Assembly: GCA_031409655.1 (NCBI GenBank)
Contig: JANNXQ010000237.1
Location: 1 to 38,516, forward strand
Direction of reading: 5' to 3'
Origin: Chthoniobacteraceae bacterium
GTDB lineage: Bacteria > Verrucomicrobiota > Verrucomicrobiia > Chthoniobacterales > Chthoniobacteraceae
Length of the DNA: 38,516 bases
The number at the start of each line of letters is the position of its first letter. Position 1 is the stretch's first letter. The notes below the pieces were generated by a model, which was not told the DNA's origin, did no database searches, and saw only the letters and a list, made by a program, of their open reading frames with translations. Both the position numbers and the translations under genes were made by a program. Of the stretch, positions 28,931 through 37,297 are shown piece by piece.

Positions 28931-30112
28931 TCACCCGCCGCCCGCCTCCAGCATCCGCATCTGCTGATTGCGCAGCGGCAGGCGGATCGTGAGCGTGAGC
29001 CCTTTTCCCTCGTCACTCGCGAGGTCGATCTCCCCGCCGTGCTCGCGCACGATCCGCCGCACGATCAGCAGCCCGAGCCCGGAGCCGCCCGCCTTCGTCG
29101 TAAAGTAAGGCTCGAAGATCTTGCTCATGTGCTCCGGCGAGATCCCCCCGCCGGTATCCGAGAAACTGATCCAGACCCACTGCTCATTCCGGTCCGTGCG
29201 GATGCGCAGAAAGCCCTTCGACTTCATCGCCTGCGAGGCGTTCTTGATCACATTGTAAAAGGCCTGTTTCAGTTGATCGCGATCCACCTCCACCAGCGGC
29301 AGATCGCTCCGCAGTTCCTGCTCCACCAGCGCCCCCCGGTCCTCGATCTCCGGGCGGAGAAAGGCCACCGACTCCTGGACCAGCGTATTGATATTCTCCA
29401 GCGACGCATTCAGCCGCGCCGGCCGGATCGCCCCGAGAAACTGCTGCACGATCGAATCCAGCCGCGTGATCTCCCCGCGCGCCACCTCCAGCGCCTCCTG
29501 CAGCTCCTGCCGCTGCGCCGCCGGCACCTTGCGCAGCTTCCGCTCCATCAGTTGCAGATGAATGTGCAGCGAATTCAGCGGATTCCCGATCTCATGCGCC
29601 ACGCCCGCCGCGAGCAACGTCAGCGCCGTCAGCTTTTCACTCTGGATCGTCTCCTCCGTCGAGCGTCGGCTCTCCGTGATATCGCGCAAGATCACCGCAT
29701 AGCCCACCATCTCCTGCTCCGTCGCGTCCGTGCGTTTCACCGCCGGCTTTTCGAGACTCAGCGGCACCACGTAAAAGTTTAGGAAACGATGCTGCGGATA
29801 AAACACCTCCATGTCCCGGCTCACCACCTTCTCGCTCCCCACCAGCTTCTCCCACTCCAGACCCCGCAACCGCTCCGAGACGAGCTGGTCCATACACTCC
29901 TCCCGCTCCAACCCGAAAAGCTCGCACGCCGCCCGGTTCAGATAATTGATCCGCCCCTTCGGGTCCGTCACGATCACCCCTTCGCGGATCGCATTGAAGA
30001 TCGTCTCCAGAAAGCCCTTCTCATCCGCCAACCGCAGCAGATAACTCTGCACCTCCTCCGGCCGCACCCGTCCGATGCGTTCGAGAAGTTTGTCGAGAAA
30101 GCCGCTGTTCAT
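28931..30112 (-). CDS. cytoplasmic PAS sensor histidine kinase (NtrB/AtoS-like)
   Basis: H-box AHEIGNPL, N-box QAFYNVIKNA, DTGGGI, FEPYFTTK, GSGLGL; PAS domain; no TM segment. Confidence 0.93.
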   Translation of the reverse strand: MNSGFLDKLLERIGRVRPEEVQSYLLRLADEKGFLETIFNAIREGVIVTDPKGRINYLNRAACELFGLEREECMDQLVSERLRGLEWEKLVGSEKVVSRDMEVFYPQHRFLNFYVVPLSLEKPAVKRTDATEQEMVGYAVILRDITESRRSTEETIQSEKLTALTLLAAGVAHEIGNPLNSLHIHLQLMERKLRKVPAAQRQELQEALEVARGEITRLDSIVQQFLGAIRPARLNASLENINTLVQESVAFLRPEIEDRGALVEQELRSDLPLVEVDRDQLKQAFYNVIKNASQAMKSKGFLRIRTDRNEQWVWISFSDTGGGISPEHMSKIFEPYFTTKAGGSGLGLLIVRRIVREHGGEIDLASDEGKGLTLTIRLPLRNQQMRMLEAGGG

Positions 30113-30210
30113 GGGGAAAGGATGAAGGAGGAAGGCGGAAGGATGAAGCGACATCTTCGCGCGTCTTTCCACTTCATCCCTCATCCCTCATCCTTCATCC
30201 TTTTCCCATG
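30110..30210. repeat. inverted pair of heptamer elements spanning the divergent HK / decarboxylase gap
   Basis: Arms 30110-30148 and 30172-30210 match at 33/39 positions (hand count), and each ends at an ATG. Confidence 0.88.
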
Positions 30211-31833
30211 ACCATCGGCGCTTACCTCATCCAGCAGCTCGCCGCGCATGGCGTGGGGCATGTCTTCGGCATTCCGGGGGATTATGTGCTCGGCTTTTAT
30301 GATCAACTGCTCGCGAGTGAGCTGAAGATCGTGACGACCTGCGATGAGCAGGGCGCGGGCTTTGCCGCGGATGGCTACGCACGGGTGCGGGGGCTGGGCG
30401 CGGTCTGCGTCACTTACTGCGTGGGCGGGCTGAAGGTGGTGAATGCGATCGCGGGGGCTTATGCGGAGAAGTCGCCCGTGGTGGTGATCAGCGGGGCACC
30501 GGGGATGAATGAGCGGGAGAAGAATCCGCTGCTGCATCACAAGGTGCGCGACTTTGATACGCAGAAGCGGGTCTTTGAGCAGATCACCGTGGCCTCGGCG
30601 GTGCTGGACGATCCGGCGACGGCGCTGGCGGAGATCGATCGGGTGCTGCACGCGGCGTTGCGTTTTAAGCGTCCCGTTTATATCGAACTCCCGCGCGATC
30701 TCGCGGCCGCCGAAGGTCTCCCGCATCACCGCACGCGCGACCTGCACGAAGCCAGCGAACCGCACGCCCTCGCGGAAGCCATCACGGAAGCCACGGCAAT
30801 GATGAATGCGGCGCGGCAGCCAGTGATCCTCGCGGATGTGGAGGTGCATCGCTTCGGGATGCAGGCGGAAGCGCTCGCGCTGATCGAGCGCGCGAACATT
30901 CCTTTCGCCGCGACGATCCTCGGGAAGTCGGTGCTCAGCGAGCAGCACCCGCTCTACCTCGGGATCTATGAAGGCGCGATGGGCCGCGAAGAAGTGCGCG
31001 CTTATTTGGAGTCGAGCGATTGCGTGATCCTGCTCGGTGCCTTCATGACGGATATCAATCTCGGCATCTACACCGCGCAGCTCGATCAGGGGCGCAGCAT
31101 CTACACGACGAGTGAGCGGCTGGCCATCCGGCATCACTTGTTTGAAGATGTGCGGTTCAAGGATTTCGTGCGCGGGCTGACGGCCGCACCGCTCCGGCGG
31201 CACGAGCCGGGGGCGATCCCCGCGCCACCGCGCCCGCGCGAGTTTGTGCCGGGGCGGAGCGGAGAGAAGGTGACGATCGCGCGGCTCTTTGAGCGGCTGA
31301 ATGAATTCCTCGGCGAGAAGACGGTCGTCGTCGCGGATGTCGGCAATGCGCTCTTCGGTGCGAGCGATCTTTTCATCCGCCAGCACACGGATTTCCTCGG
31401 CCCGGCCTACTACGCCTCCATGGGTTTTGCGGTGCCCGCCGCGCTCGGCGTGCAGATGGCCCGGCCCGATCTCCGCCCGCTCGTGCTCGTGGGCGATGGC
31501 GCCTTTCAAATGACCGGCATGGAAATCTCCAGCATCATCCGCCAGGGACTGAACCCAGTGATCGTCGTGCTCAACAATGCCGGCTACGGCACCGAGCGGC
31601 TGATCCACGACGGACCGTATAATGATTTACTGGCGTGGAACTACGCCAAGCTCCCGGAGATCTTCGGCGCCGGCCGCGCCTTCCTCGTCCAGACCGAGAC
31701 GGAACTCGACGCCGCGCTCGACGCCGCTGCGCTGCACACCGCCAGCTACTGCCTGCTCGACGTGCATCTCGACCCGCTCGACAAATCCGCCGCCCTCGGC
31801 CGCCTCGCCGAGCGCATGTCGCGACACATCTGA
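30208..31833 (+). CDS. TPP-dependent alpha-keto acid decarboxylase (pyruvate/indolepyruvate decarboxylase family)
   Basis: FGIPGDY, CDEQGAGFAADGYAR, AYAEKSPV, LLHH, and the TPP motif GDGAFQMTG...LNNAGY. Confidence 0.93.
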   Translation: MTIGAYLIQQLAAHGVGHVFGIPGDYVLGFYDQLLASELKIVTTCDEQGAGFAADGYARVRGLGAVCVTYCVGGLKVVNAIAGAYAEKSPVVVISGAPGMNEREKNPLLHHKVRDFDTQKRVFEQITVASAVLDDPATALAEIDRVLHAALRFKRPVYIELPRDLAAAEGLPHHRTRDLHEASEPHALAEAITEATAMMNAARQPVILADVEVHRFGMQAEALALIERANIPFAATILGKSVLSEQHPLYLGIYEGAMGREEVRAYLESSDCVILLGAFMTDINLGIYTAQLDQGRSIYTTSERLAIRHHLFEDVRFKDFVRGLTAAPLRRHEPGAIPAPPRPREFVPGRSGEKVTIARLFERLNEFLGEKTVVVADVGNALFGASDLFIRQHTDFLGPAYYASMGFAVPAALGVQMARPDLRPLVLVGDGAFQMTGMEISSIIRQGLNPVIVVLNNAGYGTERLIHDGPYNDLLAWNYAKLPEIFGAGRAFLVQTETELDAALDAAALHTASYCLLDVHLDPLDKSAALGRLAERMSRHI

Positions 31834-31865
31834 CAGTCCCGCAATCCCGGATCTCCTCGCGCCCG

Positions 31866-32324
31866 ATGCGTCCCGATTCCGGAGAATCTTCCGCCCGCGG
31901 CGCGCGCGGCTTTTTCACCGCGCTGCTGGCGGATCGCCCGCTCGCGCTCGCGCTCTGCGGCGCGGCGACGGTGCAGCTCGGCTTGCGTATCGCGGGGCTG
32001 GCCGGTTGGCCTTGCCCTTTCCTTTCGGCAACCGGAGTGCCGTGTCCTGGCTGCGGGCTTTCGCGTGCGGCGGTGGAGCTACTCGGCGGTCACGTCGCGG
32101 ACGCGCTCGCACGGCACGCCTTTGCGCCCGGCGCGCTCGTGGGGCTCGGGCTGCTGCTGGCGGCGGCGGTGCTGGCGGCAGGACCCCGCGCGCGGCTCAT
32201 CGGATGGGTGGGACGGATCGAGGCGCGCACCCGGTTCGCGGCGTGGTTCCTCGGCGCGCTCTTACTTTACTGGGCGCTCCGTTTGACGCTCGACGGCGCA
32301 CATTTCCTTTCGCTAGTGAAGTGA
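31866..32324 (+). CDS. DUF2752 domain membrane protein
   Basis: CPF..ATG.PCPGCGL.RA...L.G....A..H motif. Confidence 0.85.
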   Translation: MRPDSGESSARGARGFFTALLADRPLALALCGAATVQLGLRIAGLAGWPCPFLSATGVPCPGCGLSRAAVELLGGHVADALARHAFAPGALVGLGLLLAAAVLAAGPRARLIGWVGRIEARTRFAAWFLGALLLYWALRLTLDGAHFLSLVK

Positions 32325-32378
32325 ATCGCGGCGCCCCTGCCGCGGCGGAAAAACCCACCACCCCTCAGAATCCTCCTC

Positions 32379-32654
32379 ATGGCCACACTCGCTCAATTCG
32401 TCGGTCTCGCCGGCTTGATCCCCTTCGTCCTCGTCGTCATCAAACTCTTTCAGACCAAAGGCGCGCTGCACGGCATCCTCGGGATAATCTGCGGCCTCTA
32501 CACCTTCATCTGGGGCTGGATGAATGCGAGCACCCTGGGCATCAAGAACCTTATGCTCATCTGGACCGTGATCCTGGTCGTGAGCATCGGCCTCAATGCC
32601 GCGGTGGTGATGTCCGGCGGCGGGATCCCGCAGCTCCCCGTCCCCACGCCGTAG
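32379..32654 (+). CDS. small hydrophobic membrane protein
   Basis: 91 aa, about three TM segments, GC3-biased codons, follows DUF2752. Confidence 0.75.
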   Translation: MATLAQFVGLAGLIPFVLVVIKLFQTKGALHGILGIICGLYTFIWGWMNASTLGIKNLMLIWTVILVVSIGLNAAVVMSGGGIPQLPVPTP

Positions 32655-32661
32655 CCGCCGG

Positions 32662-35600
32662 CTACGGCACCGCGGTGATCGCGCGGACGGCGGCGACGAC
32701 GCCATCGAGGTCGCTGGCGAGCACATTCAGTACATCGCACTCGCCGACAAAGGGCGAGCGCGTGACGATGATGTCGGCGTGACCAGCAGCAGGCGTAGCG
32801 AGATCGCGCGGGAAGATCTGGCCGCGCGCTTGATCGCGGAGGAGGACGTTCTTCGCGGGCGTGCCGAAGAGCACGAGATCGGCGGCGACGGTCTTCCACT
32901 GCGGGTAGCGGTGCGGGCTCTGGAGCGGCTGGAGACTCTCGACGATGCCCTGCGGGCGCACACTGCCAAGCGCGGCGTTGCGGCCCTTCTTCACGTAATG
33001 GTCCACGAGTTTCCGCGCCTGCTCCACGAGCTTCGGATCACTCTCCTGCTCGACGGTCAGCGCGACCTTGAGCGGTGGGTTTTTGCGCTGCGCAAATTTC
33101 GCGAGCGCCTTCGCGTCGCGGACCCGGGCATCGACCAGTGCGGCCTCCGCGGGCGGCGTCTCGGGGAGGCTGAGGGTGATCGTGGTGGTGAGGCCGGAGA
33201 GCAGTTCGGTGGCGGTGACGGTCCAGTCACCGGGCGACTGCGTGACGTGCAAAGGCAGGCGCGCGGTGCTGCCGGTGGCGGTGGCGACGGTCGCGATTTC
33301 CGCGCCGCTGCGGACGGTGATCTGCACAGGGATGCCGGTCATCGCGGTGCCGTTCGTCATCGTGGGTTTCGCTTCGTAAAAGCCCCACGCGGATTTTTCC
33401 ACGAGCAGATCGGGCCGCACGACTTCGGCAGGCGGCAGCGCGAACCACTGGAAGGCATCCTTTTGCAAATCGACGCGCGCCGCCTCCTCAGCGGTGAGCT
33501 TGCGACCGAGACGCACGTCATAGATCGGGCGACTCGTATTCCAGCGGAGCGCGCCGGTCTGCGGCTTCACGTAGAGGCTGGCGTTGCCTTTGGTCTTCCA
33601 GAGTTCAGGCCGCGTGGCTTTCGGATCGGCGGGGCGCAACATCTCGCTGGCTTCGGCACCGGTGGCGAAGCCTTGATTCACGACGGTCACATATTGGGTA
33701 TCGCCGGAGCGCGTGGGGACGGCCCAGACCGTCAGTTCATCGGACGCGGCGACGGGCTCGGCGACCCCGCTCATGGCCGTGCGCAGCGTCGCGATATTCT
33801 CGGCATTGCGCGCGAAGAGGCGCGGCGTGGGATCGACGTTGGCTTGCGGAAAGTAAGCGGCGACGTGCAGCGGGAGCTTGGTGGCCGGCACCGGACAGGA
33901 GGACTTTTCATCCGTGAGGATGCGCCCACCGGCGGCGGTAAATTGCTTTAGCATCGGCTCGAGTCCCGGAGCCCAATGCCAGCTCGCATCGGGCGTCGCG
34001 CAGCCGACGACGAGCAGCGCCTTCATCGCCCGCGGCAGCGGACCGCGGGCGAGCTCTTGATACGTGACCACGCGCGCCGGCCAGCCCGCCGCATGGCAGA
34101 GGAAGAGCGCCTCGGTCACTTTCCCTTCGAGCGAACCCTCCTGCACTTTCGCCGCGTCCACAGTCTCGCCGACGAGCACCGGGCGCAGCACCGCTTGTTG
34201 ATGGCCGTAGAAGATGCCGATCGTCGCGTCGGGCGTGGTGCGCGCATAGACGCCGCCGTATTTGTGAATCCAGGCGTGGAGTTCGCGGCGCGCGGCGTAG
34301 GTGGCGCTTTGCTCGGGATCGGCGGAGGGATCGGCGAGGAAATTTGTCCCGAGCCCCTGGATGCCGCGGGTCAGCGCCAGGGCCACGGAACGTTGCCAGC
34401 ACTCGCGACCGTGGAGCAGCCGGTAGTCATCGAGCAGCGCCCACGTCCGCGTGCGCGGCGCGTAGCTGCGCAGCCGATCGACGAGCGCCACATTGTGCAG
34501 CGGCTTCGCGGCGTGCGTGGCATTCCAGTCGTAAGCCTGCTGCGTATCCACGCCTTGAAACATGACGCGCCCCGGCACCGTGCCCCAAGGCCAGCCGCCG
34601 CGTCCGCCATCGCCCGGCGAACTGCCAAAGGACGCCGTGCTGAAGACTCCCGCCCGCGAGCCTTCCCGCACCGCTTCGGCAAAGTAACCGTACTGCTGAA
34701 AGGACGCGTCGAAGCGATCCACGAACTTCAGGAACTCGGCCGCGGTATCCACGGGCGTCTCGTAGCCGAGCTCCGGCCCGCCGAGCGTGGGCGCGCGCGG
34801 CACCCGCGGTTGCTGCGTGCCGGCAAAGGCGATCATCGCTTCCCCCCACGGACGCTCCGGACTCGGCGGCGCCGCGGGCCGGTAGTTCGCGTAGCCGGCA
34901 TTGTCCGCGCCGATATTAAAGCCGAGGAAATTCGGCAGTCGCGCAAACCGCTGCGCCGCCAGCGAGAGGCTGCGATAAAGCGGCGCGTGCCACTCCGGCA
35001 GAGTGTGCGCGAGGAAAGGCAGCGAAGGGTGCTGCAAAGACGGGCGGGACCACGCGCTGTCGTATTGCAGGCCGAGCTTCACCCCGAGTTCGCCGAGCGC
35101 CGCCGCGCGACGCTCGATACTCTCCGGCGCGGTCGGGTCCGGCAGCGCATCCGCGGCGTCGAAGACCGCATCAAAGCCCGCGTCCGAGACCATCGCGGCA
35201 TACTCCTCCGGCTTCGTGCCCTTTTTGAAAAAGCCCCCGCTCATCCCATGCGGCAGTGCGGCCGCGTAGATGGTGAAAGGCGAGCGCGGCACCTCGAGGC
35301 CCATCCATCGCGCGATGCCGAGAGCGCGCGGAAAGGCGACTCCCGCGGGCCAGGGCGCGGCGAGCGCGGCGACATCCGCGTCCCACTCGCGCTGATGGGG
35401 AAACTGCGCCCCGCCCGCGCCACTCGCCACCGCGATTTTCGGCCCATCACCCGCGAGCGTGGCCTTCAGCGGGATCGTGCGCTCCTGCGGCGTGCCGAGC
35501 TTCACCGGCATGAGCCCGGCCTCAAAGAGCAGCGCCGGACGGCCCGCGACCGTCAGCTCATATTTCTTCCCCGGCTCGCTCGCGGGCAGGAGCAGGGTCA

Positions 35601-36159
35601 GCGAACGCCACGGGCCCATCTTTTGAAAGACCACGCGTCCCGCATATTTCACCACCACATTTTTCACCGCCGGCGCGCCCTCACTTTTGATCACAAAGGG
35701 GAACGTCCAGAGTTCGTAGCGTCCGCCGGATTCCAGACTGGACGGCGCGGTCCGCGCGCTATTGTCCGCGGTGTAAACGTGGCGGCGTTTCGCACTGCCG
35801 ACCATCGGGCGCAACCAGTGGCCGCCCGGCTGCACCACATCATCCGCCGCCACCTGGAAGAGCGACGCCGTTTCCGCGCCCTGCCGCAGCCGCAGCTCCA
35901 CCGTTTCCTCCGCCCCGCTGCGCCAGAGCGGCTGGCCATTGAGCGTGAAGTCCGGCCACTCCACCGCATCGGGACCGGCGCGGCGTGTCGCGAGCTGGCG
36001 CGTGGGGGCAAAGCCATTGCTCAGTCCGCGCGGCAGATCGTAACGCACGAGCGACATCTGCGCGGCGAATTTTGGCGACGGCGGAGGCGTGGGCGTCTGG
36101 GCAACCGCCGAGGCGGCGGCGATCAGCGCGCTGAAGAGCGGGAGGAATCTGCGGCTCAT
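32662..36159 (-). CDS. large secreted protein, putative GH42-like (TIM barrel + trimerisation-like) architecture
   Basis: Signal peptide MSRRFLPLFSALIAAASAVA-Q with GGAGG just upstream; 1165 aa. Domain assignment is pattern-based inference. Confidence 0.8.
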   Translation of the reverse strand: MSRRFLPLFSALIAAASAVAQTPTPPPSPKFAAQMSLVRYDLPRGLSNGFAPTRQLATRRAGPDAVEWPDFTLNGQPLWRSGAEETVELRLRQGAETASLFQVAADDVVQPGGHWLRPMVGSAKRRHVYTADNSARTAPSSLESGGRYELWTFPFVIKSEGAPAVKNVVVKYAGRVVFQKMGPWRSLTLLLPASEPGKKYELTVAGRPALLFEAGLMPVKLGTPQERTIPLKATLAGDGPKIAVASGAGGAQFPHQREWDADVAALAAPWPAGVAFPRALGIARWMGLEVPRSPFTIYAAALPHGMSGGFFKKGTKPEEYAAMVSDAGFDAVFDAADALPDPTAPESIERRAAALGELGVKLGLQYDSAWSRPSLQHPSLPFLAHTLPEWHAPLYRSLSLAAQRFARLPNFLGFNIGADNAGYANYRPAAPPSPERPWGEAMIAFAGTQQPRVPRAPTLGGPELGYETPVDTAAEFLKFVDRFDASFQQYGYFAEAVREGSRAGVFSTASFGSSPGDGGRGGWPWGTVPGRVMFQGVDTQQAYDWNATHAAKPLHNVALVDRLRSYAPRTRTWALLDDYRLLHGRECWQRSVALALTRGIQGLGTNFLADPSADPEQSATYAARRELHAWIHKYGGVYARTTPDATIGIFYGHQQAVLRPVLVGETVDAAKVQEGSLEGKVTEALFLCHAAGWPARVVTYQELARGPLPRAMKALLVVGCATPDASWHWAPGLEPMLKQFTAAGGRILTDEKSSCPVPATKLPLHVAAYFPQANVDPTPRLFARNAENIATLRTAMSGVAEPVAASDELTVWAVPTRSGDTQYVTVVNQGFATGAEASEMLRPADPKATRPELWKTKGNASLYVKPQTGALRWNTSRPIYDVRLGRKLTAEEAARVDLQKDAFQWFALPPAEVVRPDLLVEKSAWGFYEAKPTMTNGTAMTGIPVQITVRSGAEIATVATATGSTARLPLHVTQSPGDWTVTATELLSGLTTTITLSLPETPPAEAALVDARVRDAKALAKFAQRKNPPLKVALTVEQESDPKLVEQARKLVDHYVKKGRNAALGSVRPQGIVESLQPLQSPHRYPQWKTVAADLVLFGTPAKNVLLRDQARGQIFPRDLATPAAGHADIIVTRSPFVGECDVLNVLASDLDGVVAAVRAITAVP

Positions 36160-36219
36160 GCGACCTCCATGGATGCGCCCATTCGCGAGACTTGGAAAGC
36201 GGGAAGTCGCGGGCCGCTC

Positions 36220-36295
<76 letters not shown>

Positions 36296-36349
36296 CGGGG
36301 GGAGCCGCCACTTCCGCGCGCTGCCGGGTCACCCCCATCACCACTTCCC

Positions 36350-37093
36350 CTACCCCTCTCTCCGCCGCCGCTGGCGAAAGGGCGGCCGCGGCTGATGCAC
36401 CTTCTCCGGCAGCGGCTCCACGCGGCGCTGCGAGACGTAGATGACGTGCGCAAAACGCTTCGCCCGCTCGTTCGCTTTCGCCGGCACCGCCTCGGTGACA
36501 AAACCAGCCCGCGAGAGTTTCATCACAAAGCCCGGCTCCGGGCACGCGCTCCAAAAGGCGACGCGTCCCCCAGGCTTCAGCGAAGCCCGCAGGATGCTGA
36601 ACCCGTGCCGGTCGTAGAGACGCGAGTTCTTTGGCTGCACAAAGGAAGTCGGCCCATTGTCCACATCGAGCAGGATGGCGTCATAGGCCTCCGGCCCGGC
36701 CTTGCGGATCACGTCAAAGACATCCTTCTCCACCACCTCCACGCGTTTGTCTTCGAGCAGCTTGCCATTCACCTTGCGGAGAAATTCCCGATTCCACGCC
36801 ACCACTTCCGGCAGCAGTTCCGCCACCACCACGCGCGAATCCTTCGGCACGAGTTGCAACACCCGCTTCAGGCTGTAGCCGAGCCCCAGCCCACCGATCA
36901 GCACACACGGCTCCTGCACATTTCCGAGGTGCTTGCACGGCAGTTCCGCGAGCAGCAACTCGGACGTCGTGGAAGTCGTGCTCATGAGCTGGCGGCCATT
37001 CAGCTTCAGGAAATACTCGCCATCGTGCTCGTGGAGCGTGAAGAGCGAACCATCGGGCGTGCGAGTTTGAGCGAGATTGCGGAAAGGGATCAT
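36350..37093 (-). CDS. SAM-dependent transferase, spermidine synthase-like / MnmC-methyltransferase-like
   Basis: VLIGGLGLGY, VVVAELLPEV, YDAILLDVDNGP, LKPGGRVAFWS. Confidence 0.85.
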   Translation of the reverse strand: MIPFRNLAQTRTPDGSLFTLHEHDGEYFLKLNGRQLMSTTSTTSELLLAELPCKHLGNVQEPCVLIGGLGLGYSLKRVLQLVPKDSRVVVAELLPEVVAWNREFLRKVNGKLLEDKRVEVVEKDVFDVIRKAGPEAYDAILLDVDNGPTSFVQPKNSRLYDRHGFSILRASLKPGGRVAFWSACPEPGFVMKLSRAGFVTEAVPAKANERAKRFAHVIYVSQRRVEPLPEKVHQPRPPFRQRRRREG

Positions 37094-37169
37094 GAAGCGA
37101 GCGGGACGAGTGGTACCCGATAGGAGTGCGACGTGGCGAGGCGGTAGTGGGTCAGTTTTGCGTAGGCAT

Positions 37170-37219
37170 TGTAGTGCAACCGCTCCGGTTGCCTCGGCAG
37201 GCGGAGCGCCTGCCCTACA
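37170..37219. repeat. GTAG-family REP doublet
   Basis: Plus-strand GTAGT-GCAACC-GCTCC-GGTTGC and minus-strand GTAGG-GCAGGC-GCTCC-GCCTGC in inverted orientation. Confidence 0.8.
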
Positions 37220-37297
37220 AGGCACGGCCGACTGCCCCCTCGTGGCGAGGCCGCAGAATTGCATCCCGCCGCCGCTGCGCTATGACCCGGAGCGCCG

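Noticed and set aside
30113..30184. Longer N-terminus for the histidine kinase (MRDEVERR...HPSAFLLHPFP)
   Set aside because: It is translated heptamer repeat; ATG 30112 is preferred.
26596..30207. TPP riboswitch upstream of dxs or the decarboxylase
   Set aside because: No CTGAGA-containing THI-box core in either leader; both consist of simple repeats.
37140..37151. GGCGGTAGTGGG resembling an ops/JUMPStart site
   Set aside because: Does not fit GGCGGTAGnnTG and lies far from the polysaccharide operon leader.
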